DNA of 64,000 nt, from assembly GCF_006345805.1 (NCBI RefSeq), contig NW_021833419.1:11560-75559 (forward strand), written 5' to 3'. The notes under the pieces are model-generated. The model was given only the letters and a program-made list of their open reading frames with translations, was not told the origin of the DNA and did no database searches. The DNA is from Octopus sinensis (Eukaryota). The translations under genes were made by a program, and so were the position numbers. Shown here one piece after another: positions 12,871 through 26,539 of this stretch. How positions within the stretch are numbered: the first letter of the stretch is position 1; each line of letters starts with the position of its first letter.

Positions 12871-13221
12871 CGGTCGTTCCTCGGTAGTGTTATATCAGAG
12901 ACTGGCTGTTTACAACATGTTCATCAAAGAAACAAAACATGGATGACAAACTGCTGCTGCCGCCGTTGTTGTTACTGTTCCTGCTGTTGTTGCTGCTGCT
13001 GTTGTTGTTGTTTAGCTCCAAGTAGGCCATGGTGGTGCAGACATAGGATCAAAGACACTCAAATCATGACTATCCCGTCGCTTTCTTTCTTTGATACACA
13101 CACACATACATACATATATATATATATATGTATACATATGTGTATATATATAATATATATATATATATACATATGTGTATATATTATATATATATATATT
13201 ATATATATATATATATTATAT

Positions 13222-13253
<32 letters not shown>

Positions 13254-14582
13254 ACTACACATACATATACTTATCTATCTATCTACTTACCTACCTACCT
13301 ACCTACCTATCTATCTATCTATCTATCTACCTATCTATCTACCTACCTATCTATCCATCTATCGTTCTATCAATCAATCTATCTACCTGTTTGTGCATGC
13401 ATGCATCTATGCATTTATCAACCGATCTGTCTGTTTATCTATCTTTCTATATGTCTGTCTGTCAGTCTGTCTCTCTATATATGTGTGCACGTGCACACAT
13501 CCGTGCGTATGTATGAAACTATGTATGGATATGCATACACATACACACACACTTACCTGTCTGTCTGTCTATCTATCTATCTAACCATCCATCCATCTAT
13601 CTATCTCACACACACGCAGAGTTATTCTGCATCGTGATGCACATTACCAAATGCACAGCACCGTTCTGTTGCCGTTGACATTGAACTGCATGCTATCATT
13701 TGCAAAAGGCATTAAACTGCTCTTTCTTGCAGATTGAATGACCACGTAGAGCCTTCTACCGACGCCATGTTGATTGTTAATGATAGTCATTCAAGATGGA
13801 AACCGACAGTTTTCAAACCGAGGCAAGATTATCGACAAACGAAACATATCGATTTTCTGTCTAAGTTACACTTGATTATCTTTAAGAAATAGCTTTGATT
13901 ACTTCATGATTTGTTCGTTGTTGTTGTTGTTGTTGTTGTGGTTCTTGTTCTTGTTACTGTTGTATGTTTCTTGTAGCTGATGTTATTGTTGTTGTCGTTG
14001 CTCTCTCGTTATTGTCCATGGTTTCTTCTTGTTGTTATTGCAAGTTTTATACATTTATGATGGCGATGAAAATGGTGGCAACGATGATGGTGATGATGAT
14101 GCTGATGATGATGGTGATGATGATGGTGTTAGTGGTGGTAGAAATAGTAGTAGTGGTCGTAGTATTTGTATTATTATTATTATTATTATTATTAGTAGTA
14201 GTAGTAGTAGAATAACAACAGCAGCAGTAGTGGTGGTAACAACAAAGAGAAGGAGGAGGTGAGGAGGAAGATGTGAGGAAGGAAAAGAAAAGGCAAAAGA
14301 GAAGAGGGGGAGTAGGAGTAGAGTAAGAGGAAAAGAGAATGCGAAGGAGGTGGAGGAAGAAGAGGAGAAGAAGAAGAAGAAGAAGAAGAAGTGACCGTTT
14401 TATCTTTTTTGGAGTACCAAAAACTACATCATGTCCTGTGTGTTGTTTCAGATGGTAAGGAGTGATTTGAGGGAGGTTCGGCTACTGTTTCTAGCAAGGT
14501 GTTATGTGGAGAGCGGTTGAGAGGGGAAAAGGGAGACGAAACGGAAGAGACAAACATGCAGAACCTTAGTTCAAATATGACA

Positions 14583-14632
<50 letters not shown>

Positions 14633-15711
14633 TGTGTGTGTGTGCATGCATGTGTGCGTTTGTATGTGCGCGTGTGTAGATGAGCGAGAGAGAGAGAGAG
14701 AGAAAGAGAGAGTAGACCTTAGTGTTTAGCAACTTATTTCATCGACCCCGGAAGGAACGAAAAAGATGAGTAGGGTTCTGCGGAATTCGAACTCAGGATA
14801 TAAAGGGTTGGTAACTAAACAAGGTACTGCACGTTATCCAACGTTTTAAACCACTGTGCCAATCCGTCAACAACGTTATTGAGATGGAGGGTGATGGTGG
14901 TAGTGGTGGTGGTGGTGGTGGTGATGATGGTGGTGGTGGTGGTGGTGGTGGTAGTGGTGTGCATAAAATGAGAGAAAGATGAAGAGAAACATCGATATTG
15001 TAAGACTAAGGCCAATATTAAATCAATGTTGATTGAGAGGAGATGGGAAAATCAAACAGCGAATACACACACACACACACACACATACACACACACATGC
15101 GCGTGCAGACAAACGCACACAAGCTCATACATGTACGCATACACGTACTACTAACACACTGGTGTATATACACACACATAGACACACACACACACAATTA
15201 CAAATATACACAGACATGCACGGACACTAATGGAGACATACACACACTAATATGCGCACATAGACAAATACACACATTCAAACACAAACACACACAGACA
15301 CATGAACAAACGCACACACAAACACACAAACATATACATACAAAAGCGCACACACACACACACACACATACATATACCCATACACAACAACACACGTACA
15401 AACGCATGAAGATAGACAAACACACAACAATCACACAGAAATATATACATATTAATGTAAATGTGCAAATGGATCTTCGCCGGTTTCGACGATGAGTACT
15501 GTGCTTTTTTTTATTTTTGAGCGACTGAATTACCTGCTCATTGACCTTGTGTTTAAATGGCTAAATATTCCACGGACATGTCTACCATGGATAAAATCAG
15601 CGGATGACAAGATGTGACATAGGCCCAGTCTTGCTTCACGCAACAGACAAGATTGGCTCTTTCAGTTACAGAGACAATCCATCGGACAGGTATTCATACA
15701 GTCTTCTTCAA

Positions 15712-15834
15712 AGACACCTTGGGCAAGTGTCCTCTACTATAGCCCCGGGCCGAATTTGTGAGTGAATTTGGTAGACGGAAACTGAAAGAAGCACGTCATA
15801 TATATGTATGTATATATATATGTGTGTGTGTGTG

Positions 15835-15872
<38 letters not shown>

Positions 15873-16068
15873 CTGTGTTTGTCCCCATAACATCGCTTGA
15901 CAACCGATGCTGGTTTGTTTACGTCCCCGTCACTTAGCGGTTCGGCAAGAGAGACCGGTAGAATAAGTACTAGACTTACGAAGAATAAGTCCTGGGGTCG
16001 ATTTGCTCGACTAAAGGCGGTGCTCCAGTATGGCCGCAATCAAATGATTGAAGCAAATAAAAAAATAA
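15712..16068 (+). mobile_element. SINE-A, 5'-truncated
   Basis: Starts at the CORE-like ccttgggcaagtgtcc and runs to the tail. Confidence 0.85.
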
Positions 16069-16911
16069 CAGAATACACTCATACACACACAAACGCAATT
16101 GTAAGAACGCTCTAAACAGTTAAAATGAGTCAAATTTAATAATTTTTTGCTTTTGGTTTTCAGGAGCTTCAAAAGTGGTTGGAAAAAGTTGGTAACAAAA
16201 AAAAAAACAACCTAAAAACCCATTGGTACTCAAAATGCTGTGTAGCAGGATCGAACTCGGAATCAAGAAGTTCCAAAACGTATATTCTTAACCATACAGC
16301 TATACCTTACCTTTACAATGGGGACCGAGCCAACAGAGTGAATTCAGCTAAATGCCACACATTGACCAGGCGGTGGTGTTAGACAGGGCGATGTTTCAAG
16401 TCTACAATTGAAAGTCCAGAGTATAACTCAAACTTTAAACTCCTGTTGTGAGACCCTGGTTCGGGGGTCCTAGGGTTCTGATGAGTGTAACACCTCCCGG
16501 GAGGAGCCTGGCTATAGGTTAATGATTTTTTTATTACCCACAAGGGGCGAACAAAGAGGGGACAATTCAACCTGATTTGGGGTCAGATTTACGAATGAAT
16601 TTACACAGAGGATGAATTTAAAAATTTAACACATAATTACAAAATACAATAAAATCGGAAAAAATCGAATGACGGGACAGATCGGAAGACATTACGGATG
16701 GAGTGGGGACGGGTTTAGCTCGGACCCCACGAGCCCCGCCTCGCCACTGATACCTGGGTTTCGTCCTGTTTTGCATTTATGCGGTACCATCCATACGCAA
16801 CATCCCTAACCCTAGCTATAGGTTAAGTAGCATGTAACTACCCAAGCCAAGATCCGTTGGATGTGATCTGTTTTGGGGAAAAGAATCTTATCGAATCAAT
16901 AGCGAATATCA

Positions 16912-17141
16912 CTAGACTAGCACTATGACCCGACGTTGTCGGGTCTAGTGCTAGTCAAGCATATTTGGTCTTTCATGAATTAAATGGCTTTCAGGGGTAA
17001 CTGGGAAATGAAAATATCTTCACAACTACCCTTGGACGGTTTTGAATGACCATAGAAAGCGCGAGCCCTCTAACTGAAAAATTGTGGATTTGTATAAAGG
17101 ACACACATACAGAGACATTTTGCCGTTTATATATAGAGAGA
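16912..17141 (-). mobile_element. Non-autonomous Helitron (230 bp)
   Basis: 5' a|tctctctatatataaa (same as 4080); 3' CTAG|t preceded by an 18-bp bulged hairpin at 16916-16955. Confidence 0.8.
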
Positions 17142-17224
17142 TGCTAAGTGAATAAACAGAAACAAAACTGTCAACGGCTATAATCACCTAGTTCAGTTCG
17201 TGAACTAGTGGTATCATCTGTAGT

Positions 17225-17295
17225 AAGAATTTACAAAAAAACAAAAAGACGAAGACGGGTGTGTAAACAACAAACAGATGTATTCGTTTAACGCT
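17225..17295 (-). mobile_element. Terminal fragment of the PLE family at 22145-25041
   Basis: aaaagacgaagac...caaacagatgtatt...aacgctca matches 22160-22228. Confidence 0.7.
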
Positions 17296-17611
17296 CATCA
17301 GAGATGAGATAACGTGGCAAGCGAAATACCTATGTGGTTAAACCCAAGCCAGATGTTTATGCTGCATCACTCAATCCGGCATGGAAGAGTTGCATTGGTC
17401 GGGCAAGTCGCCTGACCGGATGATGATGATGATGATAAATGAAACAAAACACACTGACCACCACCTTTGAAAGGACTTCTAGGAAGTTTACATTTGCCGT
17501 GTGTTACCCACAGAGACGACTTGGTTCAGCTGCAGCGGAGGTTGTGGTAGAGAAAAAAGATAGGAACCTAAAGTGGTTTGTAGTTACGATCGAAAATGAA
17601 ACCAGGGAGTA

Positions 17612-18124
17612 TACTCTTTTACTCTTTTACTTGTTTCAGTCATGTGACTGTGGTCATGCTGGAGCACCGCCTTTAGTCGAGCAAATCGACCCCAGGACTT
17701 ATTCTTTGTAAGCCTAATACTTATTCTATCGGTCTCTTTTGCCGAACCGCTAAGTTACGGGGGCGTAAACACACCAGCATCGGTTGTCAAGCGATTTTGT
17801 GGCAACAAACACAAACATACATACATACATACATATACATATATACGACGAGCTTCTTTCTGTTACGGGGATGTAAACACACCTGCATCGGTTGTCAAGC
17901 GATGCTGGGGGGACAAACACAGACACACAAACACACACACACACACATATATACATACATATATACGACGGGCTTCTTTCAGTTTCCGTCTACCAAATCC
18001 ACTCACAAGACTTTGGTCGGCCCGAGGCTATAATAGAAGACACTTGCCCAAGGTGCCACGCAGTGGGACTGAACACGGAACCATGTGGTTGGTAAGCAAG
18101 CTACTTACCACACAGCCACTCCTA
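17612..18124 (-). mobile_element. SINE-A with internal duplication
   Basis: Full head and tail; the segment gtaaacacacc...cggttgtcaagcgat occurs twice (about 17765 and 17872). Confidence 0.9.
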
Positions 18125-18493
18125 CGCACACTCCTTAAGCACACAACAATATTGAGCGAATACGAGAGCGTAACAAACATGGAGGTTGAAGTCGATGAAA
18201 CTGGAGTTGGTTTGGAATGGATAAAGATATAAACAAAAATAAAATGGAGGAAAAAGCCAAGAAAAAAGACAACAAATAAAATAAAATAACGAAAACAAAA
18301 AACAAAAACAAAACTTAGCAAAATAAATCAAAGTAAACTAAAAACAATTGTGTGTGTATGTGTTTGTGTGTATAAAAATTAAAGAACTACGAATCAAAAA
18401 GAAGGCAACAGGAAAATAAATATAAGGATGGCTGGTGTATAAATACATATGTAATAGATAGCTAGATAAACGATTCTACGTATAGTGTGTGGG

Positions 18494-18573
<80 letters not shown>

Positions 18574-18574
18574 A

Positions 18575-18605
<31 letters not shown>

Positions 18606-19021
18606 TGTGTGTGTGTGAGTGCGCGCGCGCGTTCGATATATATATATATATATACATACATACATACACCACACACACACACACATATATGCATATGTTT
18701 ACATAAAACAGGTATATACGTGTATATATATATATATATATAATATCTAGAGACACACGAACACACACACGCTCAAACACACACAAACGTACATACATAC
18801 ATACATACATACATACATACATACGTACATACATACGTGCATCCATGTGTCTGCATGTGCGAGTGAGTGTGTGCTGAAAAAATAGACACACACCACACAC
18901 ACTCACACACACAGGTATGTGTACGTGTGTGTGCTTGCAGTTTTCAGCAATTTTATATTGAAATGCTCACGTCTGTTAGAGTATATATTCATAACTGTAC
19001 ACACATAAATGCAGGCATTAT

Positions 19022-19055
<34 letters not shown>

Positions 19056-19059
19056 ATAT

Positions 19060-19090
<31 letters not shown>

Positions 19091-19439
19091 GTATACTATA
19101 TATGTATATATATGTGTATACATATATATGTATATATATGTATACATATATATGTATATATATGTATACATATATATGTATATATATATATATATATATG
19201 TATACATATATATGTATATATATATATGTATACATATATATGTATATATATATATGTATACATATATATTATATATATATATATTATATATATATATATG
19301 TCTGCGTATATCTGTACACACATGAACATACACACATATATGTATGTATAAATACAGAAACATACTAGCATTCATCCATCCAGCACACATATGAGACAAC
19401 GCACTCACACACATAGTCACGCGCGCGCTCACACGCACA

Positions 19440-19479
<40 letters not shown>

Positions 19480-19689
19480 AGCACACACTTGTACAACACA
19501 TCACATGCACATGCAGGAATAGAGCGTGTACACAGATGTTTGCCCGTAAACATTTCCATAGGAATTTTAAACAGATCGATCACAGGAATATATTTGCATC
19601 TAAAAGGTTTTATGGGAGCCTCTTGGGACTATAATATCAGAAGTCTATTTGCTATTCAGCTGCGCTTTATTTAAGGCAATACATTTTCA

Positions 19690-20250
19690 TGATTCCCCAG
19701 AGTCACGCTCAGTTGATTCAATAACCGTGTCGATCAGTCAGTGCCAAGGGGGTTGCAGGTTCGCATCCTGTGACTGTTACTACAATGTGTATACATACAT
19801 CTGGGAGATATATTTAACACTCGATGGCTCCTTGCAAACATCTCCGGCTAAGTTCCATAGGGTGGCACAATTTAAGGTAGAAGCAGCAGTGGCCAGAGTA
19901 GCAGCAACTGACGATTGTTCTTTTCGCATGTTCCAGTTTGTCATTTAGCCCCGGGTCAATGCTGGTCAATCAGGTCCTTGATCAAAAGCCTTCCATTTGT
20001 AACCCCACCGCCTTTTCCCTGTGTACAAGAAACCCATGATCAAGGCTCCCAGTTTCTTTTCTGTGACGTTGGTGTATGATTTGAGGGCTATTTCACTGCT
20101 ATTTTCAGCATGTGAACGACCACGTAGAGGCTGCAGCATTGTCTCGGTTTCCATGGTGAATTTAAATGGTCCGAGGATGGGGGGGGGGGTGATTTCAAAT
20201 AGTCTCGTGGCGGAGGGTAAGATCGAATGTTTATATGGAAGTAAAAGTAA
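19690..20250 (-). pseudogene. Highly decayed LINE RT C-terminal region
   Basis: Fragmented peptides LATAASTLNCATLWN and VTGCEPATP weakly resemble RTEX/I-type RT C-termini; many stops. Confidence 0.25.
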
Positions 20251-20284
20251 CATACTGTAGTAGACCAGTGTCACATTAATGTAG

Positions 20285-20660
20285 CTTTTTTAGAAGAAGA
20301 CGAAAAAGAAGTGGGAAGAAGAAGAGGAAGAGGGGAAGAGGAAGAGAAGTAGGAGGAGGAGAAGGAGAAGAAGTAAGAGAAGAAGGAAGAGGAGGAGGAG
20401 AAGGTGAGAGGAGTAGCAGAAGGGGGGAGGAGAAGGAGATGAAGAAGGAGGAGAGGAAGGAGAAGGAGGAGGAAGAGAGGAACAGGAGGAGGAGAAGAAG
20501 GAGATGAAGAAGGAGGAGAGGAAGGAGAAGAGGGAGGAGGAGAAGAAGAAGGAGAAGAAGGAGGAGGAGGGGAGGAGAAGAAGAAGGAGGAGGGGAGATG
20601 GAGAAGAATAATGAGAAGAAGGGGAGGAGGAGGAGGAGGAGAAGAACAACAACAACAATG
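20285..20660. repeat. (GGA/GAA)n purine-rich low-complexity tract
   Basis: Near-pure purine trinucleotide runs on the plus strand. Confidence 0.9.
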
Positions 20661-20984
20661 GTTTCAAATTTTGGCTCAAAGCCAGTAATTTTATTGACCC
20701 TGAAATAATGAAAGGCAAAGTCGACCTCGGCGGTATTTGAACTCAGAACATAAAGACGGGCGAAATGTCTCTGAACCATTGTCCAGAGTGCCAAAGATCC
20801 TACCCGCTTGCTGCTTTAATAATAATAGTAATAGTAACGATTTCTTTTATTAGTGACAGGGACATGGATGAGAGGGACACGGCAAGGACAGACAACAATT
20901 TGTGTGGGGGGAGGGGCTTGACATAAAAGATATGGGAGGAAGAAATGGAAAAGACAGGGAAATCTGATAAGAATATACGAAGGC

Positions 20985-21383
20985 GTAGAAGTGGCTGTTG
21001 TGGTAAGTAGCTTGCTTACCAACCACATGGTTCCGGGTTCAGTCCCACTGCGTGGCACCTTGGGAAAGTGTGTTCTACTACAGCCTCGGGTCGACTAAAG
21101 CCTTGTGAGTGGATTTGGTAGACGGAAACTGAAAGAAGCCCGTCGTATATATGTATATATATGTGCGTGTGTGTGTGTGTGTGTGTTTGCCCCCCCCCCA
21201 ACATCGCTTGACAACCGATGCTGGTGTGTTTACGTCGCCGTAACTTCGCGGTTCGGCAAAAGAGACCAATAGAATAAGTACTAGGCTTACAAAGAATAAG
21301 TCCTGGGGTCGATTTGCTCGACTAAAGGCTGTGCTCCAGCATGGCCACAGTCAAATGAAGGAAACAAGTAAAAGAGTAAAAGA
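20985..21383 (+). mobile_element. SINE-A, near full length
   Basis: Head gtagaagtggctgttgtggtaag through tail gaaacaagtaaaagagtaaaagag. Confidence 0.9.
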
Positions 21384-21389
21384 GGTGTG

Positions 21390-22100
21390 TGGTAACACGA
21401 GTGAAGCAGTCCTCCTCATACAGGGGATACTCCAACAGGGGCAAATCAAGGAACGTCGCAGGACAGGATTACCCTGACCTCCAAAGGTACGAGCCCTGTC
21501 TCATGTCCTCCAACCCACATGTGTATATACAGAGTAGGGCTATTCACTCTAACCCTTTTTATCACAATCACCCTTCTTCTCACGAATTCACTGGTAGGTC
21601 GCCCTTTCACACTCACTTTCCTTTCCAAGTGGGACTTAAAAAGGTCGATATGAGCTTGACCGAAGAGGAAGGTGTTTTTCCTTAATCCTTTCAACCTCGT
21701 CGACTACACAACCCCTTTCGCTATAGCCACTGGGCAGAGAAACACCGCCTGTCCTGCTTTGTTAAAAGTAGATGGTGGGACGATCTCCTTACGATGGACT
21801 CGGTCGATGGTCGGATTCATCCCACACGCGATAACAGCTATTCGGCATAACTTCATATGTCAGCAATGCTTGGACACTGCGCAACAGCATGTAGAACGGT
21901 CTCGTCACTCTGCATGCATTCGGAGAACCCTGCCTGGTGCCTCTTCCCGTGCCCGTAGAGTTTATCCCCAACTGGCAGTGCTCCTCGGTAGCACTTCCAG
22001 GCCATGTATTTCTGGGACTTATCCATGGTCGCACTAGACCAGAAAATCCTCCAAATTAGACCAGAACCGCCTAGAGTTTCCCCGAGAACGTCATCGTTCT
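21390..22100 (-). mobile_element. Older 5'-truncated Tx1-like LINE copy (ORF2 zinc-finger end)
   Basis: AWKCYRGALPVGDKLYGHG...DETVLHAVAQCPSIA aligns to the C-terminus of the ORF at 32440-34776; cctagagtttccccgagaacgtc is shared with 33011; stops present. Confidence 0.85.
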
Positions 22101-22144
22101 ATATATAGGCGTAGTTATGGCTGTGTGGTAAGTAGCTTGTTTAC

Positions 22145-25041
22145 CAACCACAGAGTTTACGAAAAAAAAAAACAAAAGACGAAGACAGGTGGTGTACAAA
22201 ACAAACAGATGTATTAGTATAACGCTCAGGAATAGAAAAAGTCTTTTACGTTTCGAGCCTACGCTCTTTTACAGAAAAAATGTGTGTAGTGGCTAACGAT
22301 CTATCATGGCGACTGATTCGGACAGAAGGGTCACACACGAGAGGGCAAGTACGGGAGATAACAGAGTAAAGATGACCCCCAACACGAAGGTGCGTGTGTG
22401 TATAAGAGAGTATGTATGTGCGTGTGAAAGAGGGCTGGTGGTCTGGACGTGTGCGTGTATGTATGTGTAGGTGTGAAAATGTGGGGATGGGTGTGTGGGT
22501 GGTGTGTTGTGATGTGATGTGTAATGTTGTATGGTGTAGTGTGATGTGGTGTGATGTTGTTAGGAGGTGGGGGAGGCGAGAGTGGGGAAAGCACGGGTGG
22601 GGGTGGGGGTTCGGCTGAGGGTTGGGGTAGAGTTTGGATTTGTGGGTAAGCAGAGGGTGGAGTATGTGGGAGAGGGTGTATGGGATAGGATGGGGGGATG
22701 GGAAGGATAGGGAAGGTGGAGTAGGAATGTGTAGGGGTGGGTGGGCTTATGGGGGAGGGAAAGGTGGGTATGTGAGGAGAGAAGAGAGAAAGAGAGGGTG
22801 AAAGAGTAAGAGAGAAGAGAGAAAGTGAATAAGAGAGAGAGAGAAAGAAGGAAGAGAGAAAGAGGGAAGAGAGAAAGAGAGTAAGAGAGAAGAGAGAAGA
22901 GAGAAAGAGAGAAAGAGAGAAGAGGGAAAGAAGGGAGAGAGAAAGAGAGTAAGGGAGAAGAAGGAAAGAATAGGGGTGAAGAGAAGTAGGAGTCGGGGAG
23001 AAGGTTAGATGAAGACGGGAGGAGAGTTGAGCCCAAATGGCGTAAAAGAGCGAAGAGAGAAGATTAATCCCTGTTCACGGCGCAAACGGGAGTCCGGATG
23101 GACTCTGTGCAAGAACAATCCGAACACAGACAGTTGTTGCAAGGAGTGACCGGTGGAGCGCAAACGGCGTGAGACCGGGGTGTCATTGCCGATGCGGATG
23201 TCTCGGAGGTGTTCCGCGAACCGGTCAGCCAAGCGGCGTCCCGTTTGTCCGATGTACAGAGAATGGCAGAGAGAGCAGGAGATGCAATAGATGATATTGC
23301 TGGAGGTGCAGGTGAAGGAGTCGGTGATGCGATAGGGTCGATGATGGGTGCCGGTGAAGACGGTGGTGTTGGAGAGGTAAGAGCAAGTGCGGCAGCGTGG
23401 GCGGGAGCAAGGGAACGAGCCAGGTTAGGAGGCAGGGCTGGGGAAGAAGCTGTGGATCAAGAGGTCTCGTAGGTTGTGGGCTCGTCTGAAGGAGGGGAGG
23501 GGTCGGTTAGGGAAGATGTGTGAAGTGGACGGGTCGGACTGGAGATGCCGGAAAGCTCGGAGAATGGTGCGTTGGAGATGTAGGGTGGTAGGTGAGGGGA
23601 TAAGGGAGGCGGGAGACTGCAGGGCGGGTTCGGGGGGGGGCAGATGCACGGTCCACGGAACGTGCTCTGGCAAGGGCGGTGTGGATAGTGGTGAGGGGAT
23701 ATCCACGTAGGATGAAGTGGCGAGCCATGAGTTGAGACTGAGTCTCAAAGTCATGGTCGTCACTACAGAGCCTGCGTAGACGGAGGAATTGGGAATAGGG
23801 GATGGAAAGCTTGGTGTGTTTGGGGTGGGAGGGGGTGGTAAGAGTGGAGTGACGAATGCTGACCGAATTGTCAAGAGAGGAGACAGATGTGTCAGAGATA
23901 GTGCAGGAAAAGTGGAGGGCAGGATGGAAAGATTTGACGAAAGAGAGGAAGGAGTCTAGATGTTAGCGGGAGAGTGAGGTGGCACCGATACAGTCGTCAA
24001 TATAACGGCCATATAGTTCGAGAGTGGGACCAGTGAAATTGGAGAATATTTGGGCCTCAACATAGCCAACGAACAGGTTTGCATCGTTGGGGTCCATTCT
24101 CGTTCCCGTGGCCACTCCCGAGTTTGCTAGTAGAACTTGCCCACGAACGAGAAGCAGTTGAGTGAGAGGACAAGTTCGACCAGACGAACGGGTGTGGAGG
24201 TGTCGGGTTGGGGATTGGGTCGGAGGTCCAGGAAGTGTTTCAGTGCACGCAGTCCCTCGTGGTGAGGGATCACAGTGTAGAGGCTCTGGATGTCCAGTGT
24301 AAAGAGAAGTTTGGAGAAGCCAGGAGGGAAGGAGAAAGAGTTGAATAGACGAAGAGCATGGTTGGTGTCATGGATGTGAGAAGGAAGAGAAGCCACTAGG
24401 GGGCAAGGACACGGTCGAGATATTTGGAGATAAGCTCGGTGGGGCAGTTACAGGCGGAGACGATGGAGCGGCCAGGGTTGTTGGGTTTGTGGATTTTGGG
24501 GAAGAAGTAAATGGTGGGGTGCGGGGGTTCGGACAATGAGGTTGGATGCAGTGTGGGGGAGATGGGAGGAAGAGATGAGGTCATGGATGGTAGAGGAGAC
24601 CGTCTGTTGGTAGCTGGGCGTGGGGGAAGAGGGAAGTAGAAGGAGGTGTCATGGAGTTGGCGGAGAGCTTCGGCCTTGTAGAGGTCCACGCGCCATACCA
24701 CCACTGTTCCACCCTTGTCGGCCGGTTTTAATAACGATGTCAGTGCGCCGTCGGAGGGAACGAAGAGCCGAGAGTTCGGCTGGGGAGATGTTGAGACGAC
24801 TGGGACGCCTGGAGAAGTCAAACCGGTCCACAGCGCGCTGGCAGGCGCCCGCAAAAAGATCCACTGCTTGGAACTGGCCAGGAGCAGGCGTCCACTCGGA
24901 TGGTCGGCGGCCCAGATCAGTGAAGCAGTCCTCCTCGTTTGATGCGGGTGGAGTGTCGCGGAAAAGCGCACACAACCTAACGTGCGTAATTAAACCAACA
25001 GCACCTAGTCGAACAAACACTTCCGCGCATGCGTAATACAA
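22145..25041 (-). mobile_element. Decayed Penelope-like element (RT, GIY-YIG endonuclease, CT-rich 3' region, terminal repeat)
   Basis: RT motifs LFTLDIQSLYT, GVATGTRM, YGRYIDD; RGYP linker; endonuclease end RFAEHLRDIR...LIFSLRSFTPFGLN; frameshifts and stops. Confidence 0.9.
22243..22280 (-). ncRNA. Degenerate minimal type I hammerhead ribozyme in the PLE terminal region
   Basis: tttt-CTGTAAAA-gagc gtag gctc-GAAACGTA-aaag: stem II perfect, palindromic ACGU stem III, CUGANGA core mutated. Confidence 0.5.
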
Positions 25042-25199
25042 TAATAGCGATGTTCTTAACTGTTATATGAGAATGTAAATATGTTTGCAAATTGTTTTTG
25101 TTACATGTTATTGTGTTCTGAATACTTTTATTTTAATAAATGTTGCCTACTGCAAGTTATGGATGATTCTTTTATGACTTCATTGCTTTCAGGCTTAGC

Positions 25200-25382
25200 T
25201 TAAGGTATTTTCGCGCCCGACATCAAAAAATGCGTCTGAATAAAATTGCCGGACAGCAAATAGAAACTCAGACATTGCTTAGAAAATATTTTTCATTGTA
25301 TCCTCGTGTATAGTACGCACTAGGGATTTTGACCTTTAAATTTTGGGGAAAAAATGCGGATTATACTCGAGGATTTACGGTA
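25200..25382. mobile_element. Tc1/pogo-like DNA transposon end
   Basis: Ends in tatactcgaggatttacggta (a TACCGTA-type TIR); partner TIR not found. Confidence 0.35.
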
Positions 25383-25507
25383 AGTCGATCACATAACCAG
25401 AACTTCAACTGCTGTACAAACTGGAATTTTGGTGGCACACATATTTGATCACCGAGGATGCATGGCTATTAGTGTGAGTCATCCTGACGAAAACTTATAT
25501 ATATATA

Positions 25508-25545
<38 letters not shown>

Positions 25546-26481
25546 TTAACAGAATGAGATTAAAAAACCAAGGCTGTGAAAGATTTCAGAACATTTATAA
25601 ATAGAAGGTATTACATCTGTCCTTGTTTGTCTCCTCTGTGTTTAGCCCCTTGTGGGTTGTAAAGAAATAGGTATTACATCTGTGTCCGGGATATTTTATA
25701 TATCCCTTCCTCGGAGACGGTGTGAGAAAATGGTTAAGCAATAGTTATTCTAGATGAGATATGAAACAGAGAGTGAAGTGGAGGAATGAAAATAGACGTG
25801 AGATATGTAGGGATATTGTATCTTCAGTTCCAGTGTTTAGGCAGAATGGTATACATATATGATTCCAGTACCTTGTGAGTAAGTTCCAATAGTACTTCAA
25901 ATTGGTCATTCCAGGCATAGAGTTTGTAAACGGTGTTAATGAATCGAGGGTTATATATATATGTGTGTGTGTGTGTATGTGTGTGTGTGTGTGTGTGTGC
26001 GTGTATTTATGTATGTATGTATACGTGTGTGTGTATATATATGTGTATATATATATATATGTATATGTATATTTATGTATGTATATATATATGTGTGTGT
26101 GTGTGTATGTGTGTATGTTTGTGTTTTTGCGCTCACCACCGCTTGACAACCGGTGTAGGTGTGTTTACGTCCTTATAACCAGCGGTTCGGCAAAATAGAC
26201 CGATAAAATAAGTATCAGATTTCAAAAAAGATATGTACTGGAATCGAGTCATTCGACTGTAAAATGTGACCTTTAATTATAATCTTATGATCCTTAATTA
26301 TAATCTTACAGTGATATCAACTAGATTTTCATTTCGAAAGAAATAGCGTGAAACATCCTTTCTATTACACTATTTCTAAGGGGAATAACTCTAATAGTCG
26401 ATGGTTATTTCACTAAGGGAGAGTACTCTTGATAGTTTAATGCATTTCTTTTTTGTTTTATAAGTTGATTATAGAAATACG

Positions 26482-26539
<58 letters not shown>

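Noticed and set aside
16474-16505. CTGATGA followed by a gtgtaacac hairpin
   Set aside because: No GAAA half of the hammerhead core follows.
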